Origin: a virus
Reading direction: 5' to 3' (one strand)
DNA length: 42,217 bases
Virus genome (UHGV): UHGV-0267411
The notes beneath the pieces were generated by a model. It saw nothing but the letters and a program-made list of their open reading frames with translations. It was not told where the DNA came from and searched no databases. The position numbers and the translations under genes are program-made. Positions 10,242 through 17,508 of the stretch are shown here, one piece after another (the stretch's first letter is position 1; every line of letters begins with the position of its first letter).

Positions 10242-10577
10242 ATGGAAGCATTACAAGAAGCATTATTAAACTTGTTGATTGTTGTTGTTGGATTGGTTGC
10301 TGCTTTTATTGGTCAAAAGGGTTTAGAGTACTTGAAGAAGAAAGGTGTCCTAGCTCAGTTGGAAAGCAAGAAGAACTATGTGGCGATCGTTGTATCAGCA
10401 GTGCAGCAAGTTTACGCAGAAGCAAACGGAGATGCTAAGTTACAAGAAGCGAAAGCTCAGTTAGTAGAACTATTTAATAAGAATGGCATCAAGTTCACTG
10501 AAGACGAGCTGAACCTGTTAATTGAATCAGCAGTAAAAGGGATGAAAGATGGCGTTGACCAAGGAGTGGCTGAATAA
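10242..10577 (+). CDS. Putative holin (single N-terminal TM, LL-H-like size and architecture)
   Basis: 111 aa, N-terminal TM 'LLNLLIVVVGLVAAFIG', charged C-terminal tail. Lies two genes upstream of the endolysin. Confidence 0.5.
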   Translation: MEALQEALLNLLIVVVGLVAAFIGQKGLEYLKKKGVLAQLESKKNYVAIVVSAVQQVYAEANGDAKLQEAKAQLVELFNKNGIKFTEDELNLLIESAVKGMKDGVDQGVAE

Positions 10578-10612
10578 GCTGCTCTTTTTCTATATCTAAA
10601 GGAGGAAGAATA

Positions 10613-10921
10613 ATGTTCAAAGAAGGATCATATGTAACTGTACTCGGAAAATTACAAGTTAAAGAAGTTGGAGAAGAATATGTTCAGTTAGATCCATTCG
10701 AAAAGGGTGAAACTGAAACAGTTGATCGATACGAAGAAAATGGATTTAAAGAGGTTACATCGGATGGACTTTCTAAAGAATTCGATGGATTCGAAATTGG
10801 TGACTTCTTTTACTTAACAGGTAAATACAAAGTTTTAAGATCGAACGAAATCTTTACCAAGATTGAATTAGAAGGTCAAATGTTGTCATTGCCAAATCAC
10901 AAATTAGTGGAGGTGGAATAA
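10613..10921 (+). CDS. Hypothetical protein between holin and endolysin
   Basis: RBS AAGGAGGAAG upstream. 102 aa, acidic, no motif recognised. Confidence 0.4.
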   Translation: MFKEGSYVTVLGKLQVKEVGEEYVQLDPFEKGETETVDRYEENGFKEVTSDGLSKEFDGFEIGDFFYLTGKYKVLRSNEIFTKIELEGQMLSLPNHKLVEVE

Positions 10922-11905
10922 ATGGTAGTAAGCTATTCAGGAATTGCGGGCGCTCGTGGATCAAACCCAACAGCAATCGTTTTGCATAATGATGCTGGAA
11001 GCCAAGGTGCGACTGCTGCATTTTATAAAAACTGGCTAGAAAGCCATACCCCGTCTTTAGGATTTGCTCATTACTATGTTGCTAGTGATGGAACATACCA
11101 AGCTGAGAAGGATAGCAACAAGGCGTGGCATACAGGTAATAGCAAAGGCAATGCGAATTACTTGGGGATTGAAGTATGTCAATCCATGGGGAATGAATCC
11201 ACGTATCTTGCGAATGAACAAAAAGCATTTAAATTAGCTGCCGATTTATGTAAGAAGTATGGTTTGAATCCTGCTTCAGCTGTTTTTCCTTTGCATCGTG
11301 AACTGAGTTCTACATCGTGTCCTCACAGAGCGTGGGATTTGCATGGAAAAGGTGTAGCAGCTATCAAACAATATTTCGTGGATCAAATCAAAAAATATTA
11401 CAACGGAGATAGTACTTCAAACAATAATTCTGGATCGTCAACTTCCACCGTGACAACCAAATACGCTGTTGGTTCATCTGCTAAAGTGAAGACTAGTGCT
11501 ACTCATTATCAGACAGGACAGTCAATCGCTAGCTTTGTAAAAGGCTCGACTTACAAAGTGAAGCAAGTTAAAGAAGTGAATCAATCACGATCTAAATACG
11601 CTTTTCTGTTAGAAGGCATTAACTCATGGGTATTGGGGCAAGACCTAGATTCTGCATCTAGCGGTAGTTCAAGCAATTCGAATAGTAGCACTTCATTGAA
11701 AGGTGCAAATTTGCCGAATAAAGGAAGTTATAAATTTACTGTCAACACTATTATTCGTGCTAGCGCATCTACTTCTTCAGCGAATGTTGGGATGTGGTCT
11801 GCCGGTCAAACAGTTAACTATGATTCTAAAGTAGTTGCCGGTGGATACGTATGGTTGAGTTGGATTGGCGCTTCTGGAAACCGTAGATACTCAGCGGTAG
11901 TATAA
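10922..11905 (+). CDS. Endolysin: N-acetylmuramoyl-L-alanine amidase (Amidase_2/PGRP fold) with two C-terminal SH3-like cell-wall-binding repeats
   Basis: 'IVLHNDAGS...AHYYV...AWHTG...NYLGIEV...STSCPHRAW' gives the Zn-amidase H/H/C pattern of Amidase_2. Ser/Thr-rich linker and two ~60-aa repeats ending in 'WV/WL'. Last gene of the lysis cassette. Confidence 0.88.
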   Translation: MVVSYSGIAGARGSNPTAIVLHNDAGSQGATAAFYKNWLESHTPSLGFAHYYVASDGTYQAEKDSNKAWHTGNSKGNANYLGIEVCQSMGNESTYLANEQKAFKLAADLCKKYGLNPASAVFPLHRELSSTSCPHRAWDLHGKGVAAIKQYFVDQIKKYYNGDSTSNNNSGSSTSTVTTKYAVGSSAKVKTSATHYQTGQSIASFVKGSTYKVKQVKEVNQSRSKYAFLLEGINSWVLGQDLDSASSGSSSNSNSSTSLKGANLPNKGSYKFTVNTIIRASASTSSANVGMWSAGQTVNYDSKVVAGGYVWLSWIGASGNRRYSAVV

Positions 11906-11910
11906 AATAA

Positions 11911-11947
11911 AGGCCCTTGCTCAAAAAAGAGTAGGGGCCTATTTATT
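11911..11947. terminator. Bidirectional rho-independent terminator shared by the endolysin (+) and the minus-strand cassette
   Basis: Stem AGGCCCTTGCTC / GAGTAGGGGCCT (12 bp, two wobbles), loop AAAAAA. T-rich on both sides (ATTTATT downstream; TTATTTTATAC on the other strand). Confidence 0.55.
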
Positions 11948-12242
11948 AAAAGCTATCTAACATGTCCTCTAAATATGATTTGTCTAAATCTATTTCATTA
12001 ATATCGATGTTAAGTATATTAGCGATTTCTTGAGCTAAATCTTCTTTATCAGCTTTTAAGAACTGCATGATAATATAGTTTTTTGCTCCGGAATCAAAAT
12101 CAGCTAAATCTTTTTTTACACGTCTTTCACCATCGCTTTTAGAGATCAAATTATTTTCTAAGCTCATAAAAAAAATTTTGTAATACGTACTAATTAATTT
12201 TGGTACCTTCTTCCAAGAAATGATATCTTCGATTGTCGTCAT
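11946..12242 (-). CDS. Cassette gene E: hypothetical acidic protein (98 aa) with own promoter
   Basis: RBS AAAGGAGG 7 nt upstream of ATG 12242. -10-like TATATAAT with TTGCAA/TTTCTT upstream. Acidic C-terminal half. No motif recognised. Confidence 0.5.
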   Translation of the reverse strand: MTTIEDIISWKKVPKLISTYYKIFFMSLENNLISKSDGERRVKKDLADFDSGAKNYIIMQFLKADKEDLAQEIANILNIDINEIDLDKSYLEDMLDSF

Positions 12243-12329
12243 GGCAATACCTCCTTTGATTCAATTATTATATACCATTCATATTTGCAAAGAAATAATA
12301 AGTATAAGCTGAATACTTCTACTTCCATG

Positions 12330-12596
12330 TTACACTGGAAAGAATTTTTTTATTGTTTCAAACTCAATCATAATCTTCGTCTTGCCAATCACCGAATACT
12401 TCTTCACCACAAACTGCTTACGATCATTATACTCACCAGCAACCACAATTTGCATTCCCTCATCCACATCTGCTAAGAAGTTCAAACTATGTGCAGCAAT
12501 CAAACAGTTCACTCCGTCAAGTGAGAACCGCAACAAAGGGGTCTTGCTCATCTTCAGTACTCGTATCTTCGATACATAGCCTTTCATCGACTTCAT
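12330..12596 (-). CDS. Cassette gene D: hypothetical 88-aa protein (beta-rich, OB-fold-like pattern)
   Basis: Start placed at ATG 12596 with RBS GGAGG 8 nt upstream (track start 12623 lacks an RBS). Overlaps the 3' end of gene C out of frame by ~80 nt. Confidence 0.4.
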   Translation of the reverse strand: MKSMKGYVSKIRVLKMSKTPLLRFSLDGVNCLIAAHSLNFLADVDEGMQIVVAGEYNDRKQFVVKKYSVIGKTKIMIEFETIKKFFPV

Positions 12597-12783
12597 AACA
12601 ATCGCCTCCATAGCGTTGTACATAATAGCGACAATCCGTTTTACCTAAAGTGACAGCAACATAAAACTCGACACACTTTGCACCGAACAAAGCTTCCTGA
12701 GATTCAGAAATACTGTCCGGAAATTCATTTATAAACTCAGAAAGAGATAAGTAGCCTTGCTCGTATTGGCTGATTGTGTTCAT
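12517..12783 (-). CDS. Cassette gene C: strongly acidic 88-aa protein (about 19 D/E vs 5 K/R), candidate DNA-mimic/anti-defence protein
   Basis: ATG 12783 immediately follows the gene B stop (TGA-T-ATG coupling). Composition counted by eye. Cys-rich segment 'KCVEF...DCRYY...GDCYEVDERLC'. Confidence 0.45.
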   Translation of the reverse strand: MNTISQYEQGYLSLSEFINEFPDSISESQEALFGAKCVEFYVAVTLGKTDCRYYVQRYGGDCYEVDERLCIEDTSTEDEQDPFVAVLT

Positions 12784-12784
12784 A

Positions 12785-13075
12785 TCAGTTACCGCCGGGT
12801 TTATACTTTATGTCCGGATCGTATTTTCGAAGAATCTTTTCTTGTGTTCTAACGTGATCGAACAGATAGTTGTCGCCGTCTATTTTAAATACAAAAGCTA
12901 TTTCTTCTGAATAACCACTGTAGCTTGAGGGGACGGTAAAATAGGGTTTTCCGAAGTTCTCCATCGTCCGAACAAACTGATCGTACATGAAATGTGCTGG
13001 ACCCATTCTTTCTATAAACTCGTAGTAATATCGCTCTAATGCGTAGGTTCTTTGATGCGCTAATGGTATTTGCAT
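12785..13075 (-). CDS. Cassette gene B: hypothetical 96-aa protein
   Basis: ATG 13075 with RBS GGAGTG 8 nt upstream, overlapping the gene A stop. The track start at 13084 is GTG. Confidence 0.45.
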   Translation of the reverse strand: MQIPLAHQRTYALERYYYEFIERMGPAHFMYDQFVRTMENFGKPYFTVPSSYSGYSEEIAFVFKIDGDNYLFDHVRTQEKILRKYDPDIKYKPGGN

Positions 13076-13086
13076 ATCAATCACTC

Positions 13087-13407
13087 CTATTCCATTTCAA
13101 CTTCAGCTAAGGATTCGGAAAGTGTATCAAATAAATTTTCCTTTTCCATGAACCTTAGCCAGTCATTGTATGGATCCAAGGCCCTGCTATTAGGAGCTTT
13201 GTCCATTCTCTTAACAGACTGATAGATATTTTGTGCAGCTTGATCCCACATACCCTCGATTGCTCTGTTTACTTTTTTATCGTTCCACTTAGCCTTTCCA
13301 GACCGTAATTTATTTTTGGCGACTTGGAATTCCTCGGCTTTTTGCATAAATACTTCGTAACCAGGTAGACGGTTTTCCAAAAGGTTTTTAAAATCATTAT
13401 ATTTCAT
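13087..13407 (-). CDS. Cassette gene A: hypothetical 106-aa helical protein, first gene of the minus-strand operon
   Basis: ATG 13407 with RBS GGAG 8 nt upstream. Sits directly downstream of a near-consensus promoter. Confidence 0.45.
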   Translation of the reverse strand: MKYNDFKNLLENRLPGYEVFMQKAEEFQVAKNKLRSGKAKWNDKKVNRAIEGMWDQAAQNIYQSVKRMDKAPNSRALDPYNDWLRFMEKENLFDTLSESLAEVEME

Positions 13408-13438
13408 TTTGACCACTCCTCTTGTTTATTTCATCTCA

Positions 13439-13467
13439 AGTATACGAACGTTTGTTCGTTTTGTAAA
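13439..13467 (-). promoter_or_regulatory. Sigma-A-type promoter of the minus-strand cassette, with palindromic operator in the spacer
   Basis: Minus-strand reading gives TTTACA -17 nt- TATACT, then RBS GGAG and ATG 13407. The 17-nt spacer holds the inverted repeat ACGAAC-gttt-GTTCGT (13445-13460). Confidence 0.5.
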
Positions 13468-13485
13468 GGGTTTAAATAAAGAATA

Positions 13486-13721
13486 GGGGGCAAAAAAGGG
13501 GCAAAATAACTTTATTAGTTCGAACTAGTTGATTTATTTTTATAGTTGAAATTGTTAAAAAGACTGTTATATAGGCATTTTTATACTGGTGTAAATGAGT
13601 GTGTCAGACAACCTTAGATGGGCGGCATGATGTAGTTATAATAAAAGAACCTCTATTTATAGGGGTTCTTTTGTTTGTTTAATGTTAATTTTATACCAAA
13701 GGGGCAAAAAAGGGGCAAATT
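13486..13721. other. Candidate attP region (arm-type direct repeats plus core-like palindrome) downstream of int
   Basis: Perfect 19-nt direct repeat GGGGCAAAAAAGGGGCAAA at 13487-13505 and 13701-13719. Perfect 12-bp palindrome TAGTTCGAACTA at 13516-13527. AT-rich. Lies between the 3' end of int and the accessory cassette. Confidence 0.35.
13646..13680. terminator. Hairpin terminator downstream of int (T-tracts on both strands)
   Basis: AAAGAACCTCT-attTAT-AGGGGTTCTTT (11-bp stem, one wobble), followed by TTTTGTTTGTTT on + and TTTTATTAT on the minus strand. Confidence 0.5.
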
Positions 13722-14859
13722 ACAAATTGTTTAATCGATCGATAACTTGCTCTTTGGATTTTTTGGTCACGTGATTATAAATTGATAAAGTCGTGTTGGC
13801 ATCGGAATGTCCGACTCTCTCCATTATGGTTTTTAAAGGAAGATTCAATTCAGCTAGTAAAGAAATATGACTATGTCTGAATATGTGTGAGGATAAGTTT
13901 TTATCCCAGTTTAGTTCGTCTTGAACTCTATGCAGTACCATATTAAAGCTATGGAGAGATAACGGAGTACCTCTAGATGATTTAAATATATAGTCTTCAT
14001 TACTTTGGGAGCCGAATACTAAAGAGTTGTGTTCTATGATTTCATTAACAATTGTTACTGCTCTATTAGGTAAAGAAACTATTCTTTTAGAATAGATATT
14101 TTTAGGTGAAGTTTTTACAGCATCTGCCATTTTTAAGAAAGAATAGTCTAATGTGCCGTTAATATCCAAAGTACTCCCGTCAAAGTCCTTTATTTGTAAT
14201 GCCTGTAACTCTCCGTATCTTAGGCCTGTTAAATATAACAATTCTGCAATGTTAGCGTGCAATAATCTTTTAGTAGATTTTCTCATATATACAAGCAACT
14301 CTGTCATTTCTCTTTGATCAAGGTATTTTTCATCCATGTTCTTTTTTCTTTTTTCTTCTTCAGCTTTTTTTCTTTGGATTTTGACATTCAGCGCTAGATT
14401 TTGGTTGATATACTTTTTCTCAACAGCATAATTCAACATGATTGAAAGGGTCGTCTTGGTCTGTTTCGTATAATTCAACGATAAGTCACCGAAAGTATAC
14501 ATTTTTTCAGTAATACTACGAATCATATTCTCGTCTATATTTCGAACTAGAACATCGTCAGTTATAACTTTTTGAATATGTTTCATCATCTTTGGAACTT
14601 TGGTCCAGCTTGTTCTTTTTACATGTTGTTGATAATAAACAAACCATTCTTCATAAAGCTCTTTGAAAGTAATGTCAGATTTATCATAATTACTCAATGC
14701 TTCCTCTATTTTTTTGTCCAATATTTTCTGTGCATTCTTCCAGGCTCTGGATGAATCACTTGTTAGAACAGTACTTGTCTTTTTCCATTTTTCGGTATAG
14801 GGATCTTTGTATCTTTCAATGAATTTATATCTGCCGTTACCTAGAGATTCGCTCCACAT
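13720..14859 (-). CDS. int: Tyrosine integrase (phage integrase family)
   Basis: Start at ATG 14859 ('MWSESLGNGRYKF...' matches the usual integrase N-terminus) with RBS GAGGT 7 nt upstream. The track ORF begins 27 nt earlier without an RBS. C-terminal catalytic pattern R...'HIFRHSHISLL'...'GHSDANTTLSIYNHV' (R-H-x-x-R-Y). Confidence 0.9.
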   Translation of the reverse strand: MWSESLGNGRYKFIERYKDPYTEKWKKTSTVLTSDSSRAWKNAQKILDKKIEEALSNYDKSDITFKELYEEWFVYYQQHVKRTSWTKVPKMMKHIQKVITDDVLVRNIDENMIRSITEKMYTFGDLSLNYTKQTKTTLSIMLNYAVEKKYINQNLALNVKIQRKKAEEEKRKKNMDEKYLDQREMTELLVYMRKSTKRLLHANIAELLYLTGLRYGELQALQIKDFDGSTLDINGTLDYSFLKMADAVKTSPKNIYSKRIVSLPNRAVTIVNEIIEHNSLVFGSQSNEDYIFKSSRGTPLSLHSFNMVLHRVQDELNWDKNLSSHIFRHSHISLLAELNLPLKTIMERVGHSDANTTLSIYNHVTKKSKEQVIDRLNNL

Positions 14860-14924
14860 TGTGTATACCTCAATTCTTTGATACAATAGGCATGACTAAA
14901 TAAGCCTATCGTTTATTTTGTTTT

Positions 14925-14961
14925 ACACGCCTGTCTTTGGTCGGAGGGGCGTGTTTTTTTA
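14925..14961 (+). terminator. Terminator-like hairpin with T7 tract between int and the lipoprotein gene
   Basis: ACACGCC-(16 nt)-GGCGTGT followed by TTTTTTT. Confidence 0.35.
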
Positions 14962-14962
14962 T

Positions 14963-15904
14963 TTACTCGTAATAGCCTTGTTCGATTGCTTCTAATGTTT
15001 GAATTTCACCAGATGTTAATTCTCTATCTTGAATACTTTTTATTTCATTATATATACGTCTTGCATTTTCAGAAGTTCCTTCAGGCAATGTTGTTTGCTC
15101 AGCTTGACTACCATTAAATGAATCTTCATATTGACCGGAACCTACTACATAAGTTTCGTTTTCACTAGCTCTGACTGCTTCTTCCCAATCCTCGGCTGTC
15201 CAGCCTTCAGCCTTTGCTTTTTCCCATTCAGCTTCACCTTCTTGCCAGCTTGCTGGCATATCGGAAAGGCCCTCGTCGTAGGAACTATCTTCATTGGGAT
15301 TATTTGTATTGGTTAAAGATTTTGTTTCTTCAGGCTTTTCTAATTCAGTCAAATCAATTTCATAAATACCTATTTCTTTATCTTCATACATAGCTATCAT
15401 TTTAACTGGGAAATCTAAGTTATCCAGAGAGTAAGTCTCTATTATGTCCACAGTTTTATCGGGTAACAGGTCATCAGAACGAGAGTTTTCTTTATCAACT
15501 TGCTCATTATATGATTCGACATCATCTGTTGATCCAAATGCATCTAAGCTATAGTAGGTATTATCGAGATCAACCTCAGAAGTTTCATTCTCTTGTTTAA
15601 ATAAAACGTAATCATTAATAATATCAATAGGTGTGATATTGTTATCTGAAGTATTCTTTAATGAATACGTTATATATAACCCATAGCCGTCTTCAGATGG
15701 ACTTTTAACTATTTCAGAATTTTTATAAGTAAGTTCAAACTCATCTGTAATAATTTTCCCATACTCGAAATCAGCTTTCTGTTCTTCAGAAACAGCAGTC
15801 GTTTGAGAAGTTGTATCATTTGGGGGAGTTGTACTTTCTTCATTATTAGAACATCCGGTCATTATTAAGCCAACAAACAATAAGCACGGTACGACTTTTT
15901 TCAT
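14963..15904 (-). CDS. Secreted acidic lipoprotein (313 aa); candidate superinfection-exclusion/lysogenic-conversion protein
   Basis: 'MKKVVPCLLFVGLIMTGC' gives a signal peptide plus lipobox (MTGC). RBS TGAGGAAA. Very acidic mature part (EAEWEKAKAEGWTAEDWEE...). Lies between int and the immunity genes. Flanked by hairpins at 14925-14961 and 15960-15997. Confidence 0.65.
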   Translation of the reverse strand: MKKVVPCLLFVGLIMTGCSNNEESTTPPNDTTSQTTAVSEEQKADFEYGKIITDEFELTYKNSEIVKSPSEDGYGLYITYSLKNTSDNNITPIDIINDYVLFKQENETSEVDLDNTYYSLDAFGSTDDVESYNEQVDKENSRSDDLLPDKTVDIIETYSLDNLDFPVKMIAMYEDKEIGIYEIDLTELEKPEETKSLTNTNNPNEDSSYDEGLSDMPASWQEGEAEWEKAKAEGWTAEDWEEAVRASENETYVVGSGQYEDSFNGSQAEQTTLPEGTSENARRIYNEIKSIQDRELTSGEIQTLEAIEQGYYE

Positions 15905-15959
15905 CTAATTTCCTCATTTCTCTGATATAATATATTTGTACTATCTCAGAAATGAGTAA

Positions 15960-15997
15960 CCCTTATCGAAGCTGGTCCTTTGATAGGGGTATTTTTA
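15960..15997. terminator. Hairpin (CCCTTATC / GATAGGGG, 14-nt loop) with T-run at the end of the ImmA-like gene
   Basis: 8-bp stem with one wobble, followed by TATTTTTA on +. Overlaps the ImmA stop codon. Confidence 0.3.
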
Positions 15998-16351
15998 TCT
16001 TGCATATTTAACATCGTAGCCCATCCCAATACTAAATTCTTCTATTAATTGACTGTAATTATAGATATCATCGTATTCGCTGGTGAAATAGCTTATCATA
16101 AACCTATTTGCAGCATATTCCATTTTTGACTTTAAAACAAATGAGAGTTTATAAAGCTCGTAATTATCTTGGTCTTCACAAGCATGCCCTAATTCATGAA
16201 GCAAAGCCTTCTTCGTATCAAAATCATTCAACTTACTATTCAATACAATAATATTTACGATTGGTAAATATTTTCCATGATCTTCTAAAAATTCATCATA
16301 AACTATTGTTATGTTCAACTTTTCAACAATTTCTAAAATCTGAGCATCCAA
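15995..16351 (-). CDS. ImmA/IrrE-family metallopeptidase (anti-repressor protease partner of the XRE repressor)
   Basis: HEXXH motif 'HELGHACED'. 118 aa. Immediately downstream of, and co-oriented with, the cI-like repressor (ImmR/ImmA arrangement). Confidence 0.75.
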   Translation of the reverse strand: MDAQILEIVEKLNITIVYDEFLEDHGKYLPIVNIIVLNSKLNDFDTKKALLHELGHACEDQDNYELYKLSFVLKSKMEYAANRFMISYFTSEYDDIYNYSQLIEEFSIGMGYDVKYAR

Positions 16352-16363
16352 ACAAACACCCTC

Positions 16364-16708
16364 TTATATTTTTCCGTCCAAGTATGCTTTTGCGATCCTC
16401 TCTAAAACTTGACGGTCATTTTCCGAAACTTCTTTACCGTTATAACTCATAACAGATTTTAATGCTTCTTCTATGGTCAATTCTTTTTGTTTTTCGGACA
16501 TTCCCAAGTGTGGGTTATCTGTCCTTCCTAAAAGGTAATCTGTGGATACATGAAAGTAGTTAGCTATAAGTTCTAAAGTCTCAGCTTTTGGACTACTCGT
16601 TCTCCACTGATAGATAGCATTTTTAGATAATCCATTATCCTCTGCAACTCGATTTAAACTTTTCCCCTGTTTTTTTGCAAGTTCTGAAACCCTTTCAAAT
16701 AAACTCAT
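16364..16708 (-). CDS. CI-like repressor, XRE-family HTH
   Basis: Start at ATG 16708 (track start 16729 is TTG) with AAGGA upstream. HTH 'LSKNAIYQWRTS'. Divergent from the cro-like gene. Confidence 0.8.
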   Translation of the reverse strand: MSLFERVSELAKKQGKSLNRVAEDNGLSKNAIYQWRTSSPKAETLELIANYFHVSTDYLLGRTDNPHLGMSEKQKELTIEEALKSVMSYNGKEVSENDRQVLERIAKAYLDGKI

Positions 16709-16729
16709 TTTCAACCATCCTTCTTGCAA

Positions 16730-17003
16730 ATGAGTTATTTATCCCAAAGTATAATAAAAAACACTTTACAATTATAAAGTTATGGGATATTATTAGCTCA
16801 TAAGCAAATTAAATACGCTAATAAACACAGAAAGACACTTATATTTATTAAAAACAATCGAGGTCGGGAAACTAAGAATGTTTAATATATAGGTATTATT
16901 CCGTCTTTTTATTAACCATAAACCAATATTATAAAACTTTGGGATGGATGTCAACTGTTTTAGCGTATTTTGTTCGCTTTATTATAAAACGGGAGGTGTA
17001 AGC
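16730..17003. promoter_or_regulatory. Divergent cI/cro promoter-operator region with repeated ACTTTGGGAT-type sites
   Basis: 10-mer ACTTTGGGAT at 16936-16945 (+) and its reverse complement ATCCCAAAGT at 16741-16750. Related 'GTTATGGGAT' at 16779-16789. Near-perfect 18-bp palindrome ACTTTACAATTATAAAGT at 16763-16780. AT-rich, with several -10-like hexamers on both strands. Confidence 0.45.
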
Positions 17004-17204
17004 ATGTCTAAAGATTTCATCGTTAAGGTCAGGGTTGAGTTAGCACGGTACGATAAAACACAAAATTGGCTTGCTGAGACAATTGGAATTTCGAAAACAT
17101 ATATGTCGGACATTATGAATGGTAGACGTAAACCGGATAAACAAATTAAACCAATCGAAACAGCTCTAGAACAACTCAAGAATTCACACTTGAAAGGGAT
17201 GTAA
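17004..17204 (+). CDS. Cro-like HTH regulator (66 aa)
   Basis: ATG 17004 with strong RBS GGGAGGTG 6 nt upstream (the track ORF 16944 extends upstream without an RBS). HTH 'QNWLAETIGISKTYMSDIMNG'. Confidence 0.7.
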   Translation: MSKDFIVKVRVELARYDKTQNWLAETIGISKTYMSDIMNGRRKPDKQIKPIETALEQLKNSHLKGM

Positions 17205-17206
17205 AT

Positions 17207-17494
17207 ATGAAAAAACCAACTATTCCGGAATTAATCAAAATGGCTACGGATAAGACTTCGATTTCTGAATGGGATAGGCGTGAAGATTTAATGATTCGTT
17301 TCAATGGATTATCTCGTACCACTTTAAATACGTATCAAAAAGAGATGGAGAGTATTCCTGAATTCAAAGAGGGCGTTTTAAAACCAACCCATAGCGTAAC
17401 TTGGATTCATCTTGGAACATTCCTTTGGTATTTGAAATGGAAAGAAGCTAATCGTTATAGATCAAAAAAATTGAAACCTTCAGAGGTTGCATAA
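17207..17494 (+). CDS. Putative excisionase/HTH DNA-binding protein (95 aa)
   Basis: Pattern 'LSRTTLNTYQKEM...W' is like MerR/Xis-type HTH_17. Position directly after cro. Weak assignment. Confidence 0.3.
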   Translation: MKKPTIPELIKMATDKTSISEWDRREDLMIRFNGLSRTTLNTYQKEMESIPEFKEGVLKPTHSVTWIHLGTFLWYLKWKEANRYRSKKLKPSEVA

Positions 17495-17508
17495 GGGGAG
17501 GAACACAA

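Noticed and set aside
12285-12579. Plus-strand ORFs 12285-12476 and 12382-12579, antisense to cassette gene D
   Set aside because: No RBS. Low-complexity translations. The minus-strand genes have convincing RBS and promoter signals.
14572-15316. Plus-strand ORFs 14572-14754 and 15131-15316, antisense to the integrase and lipoprotein genes
   Set aside because: Cys/Phe-rich shadow ORFs with no RBS, antisense to genes with strong signals.
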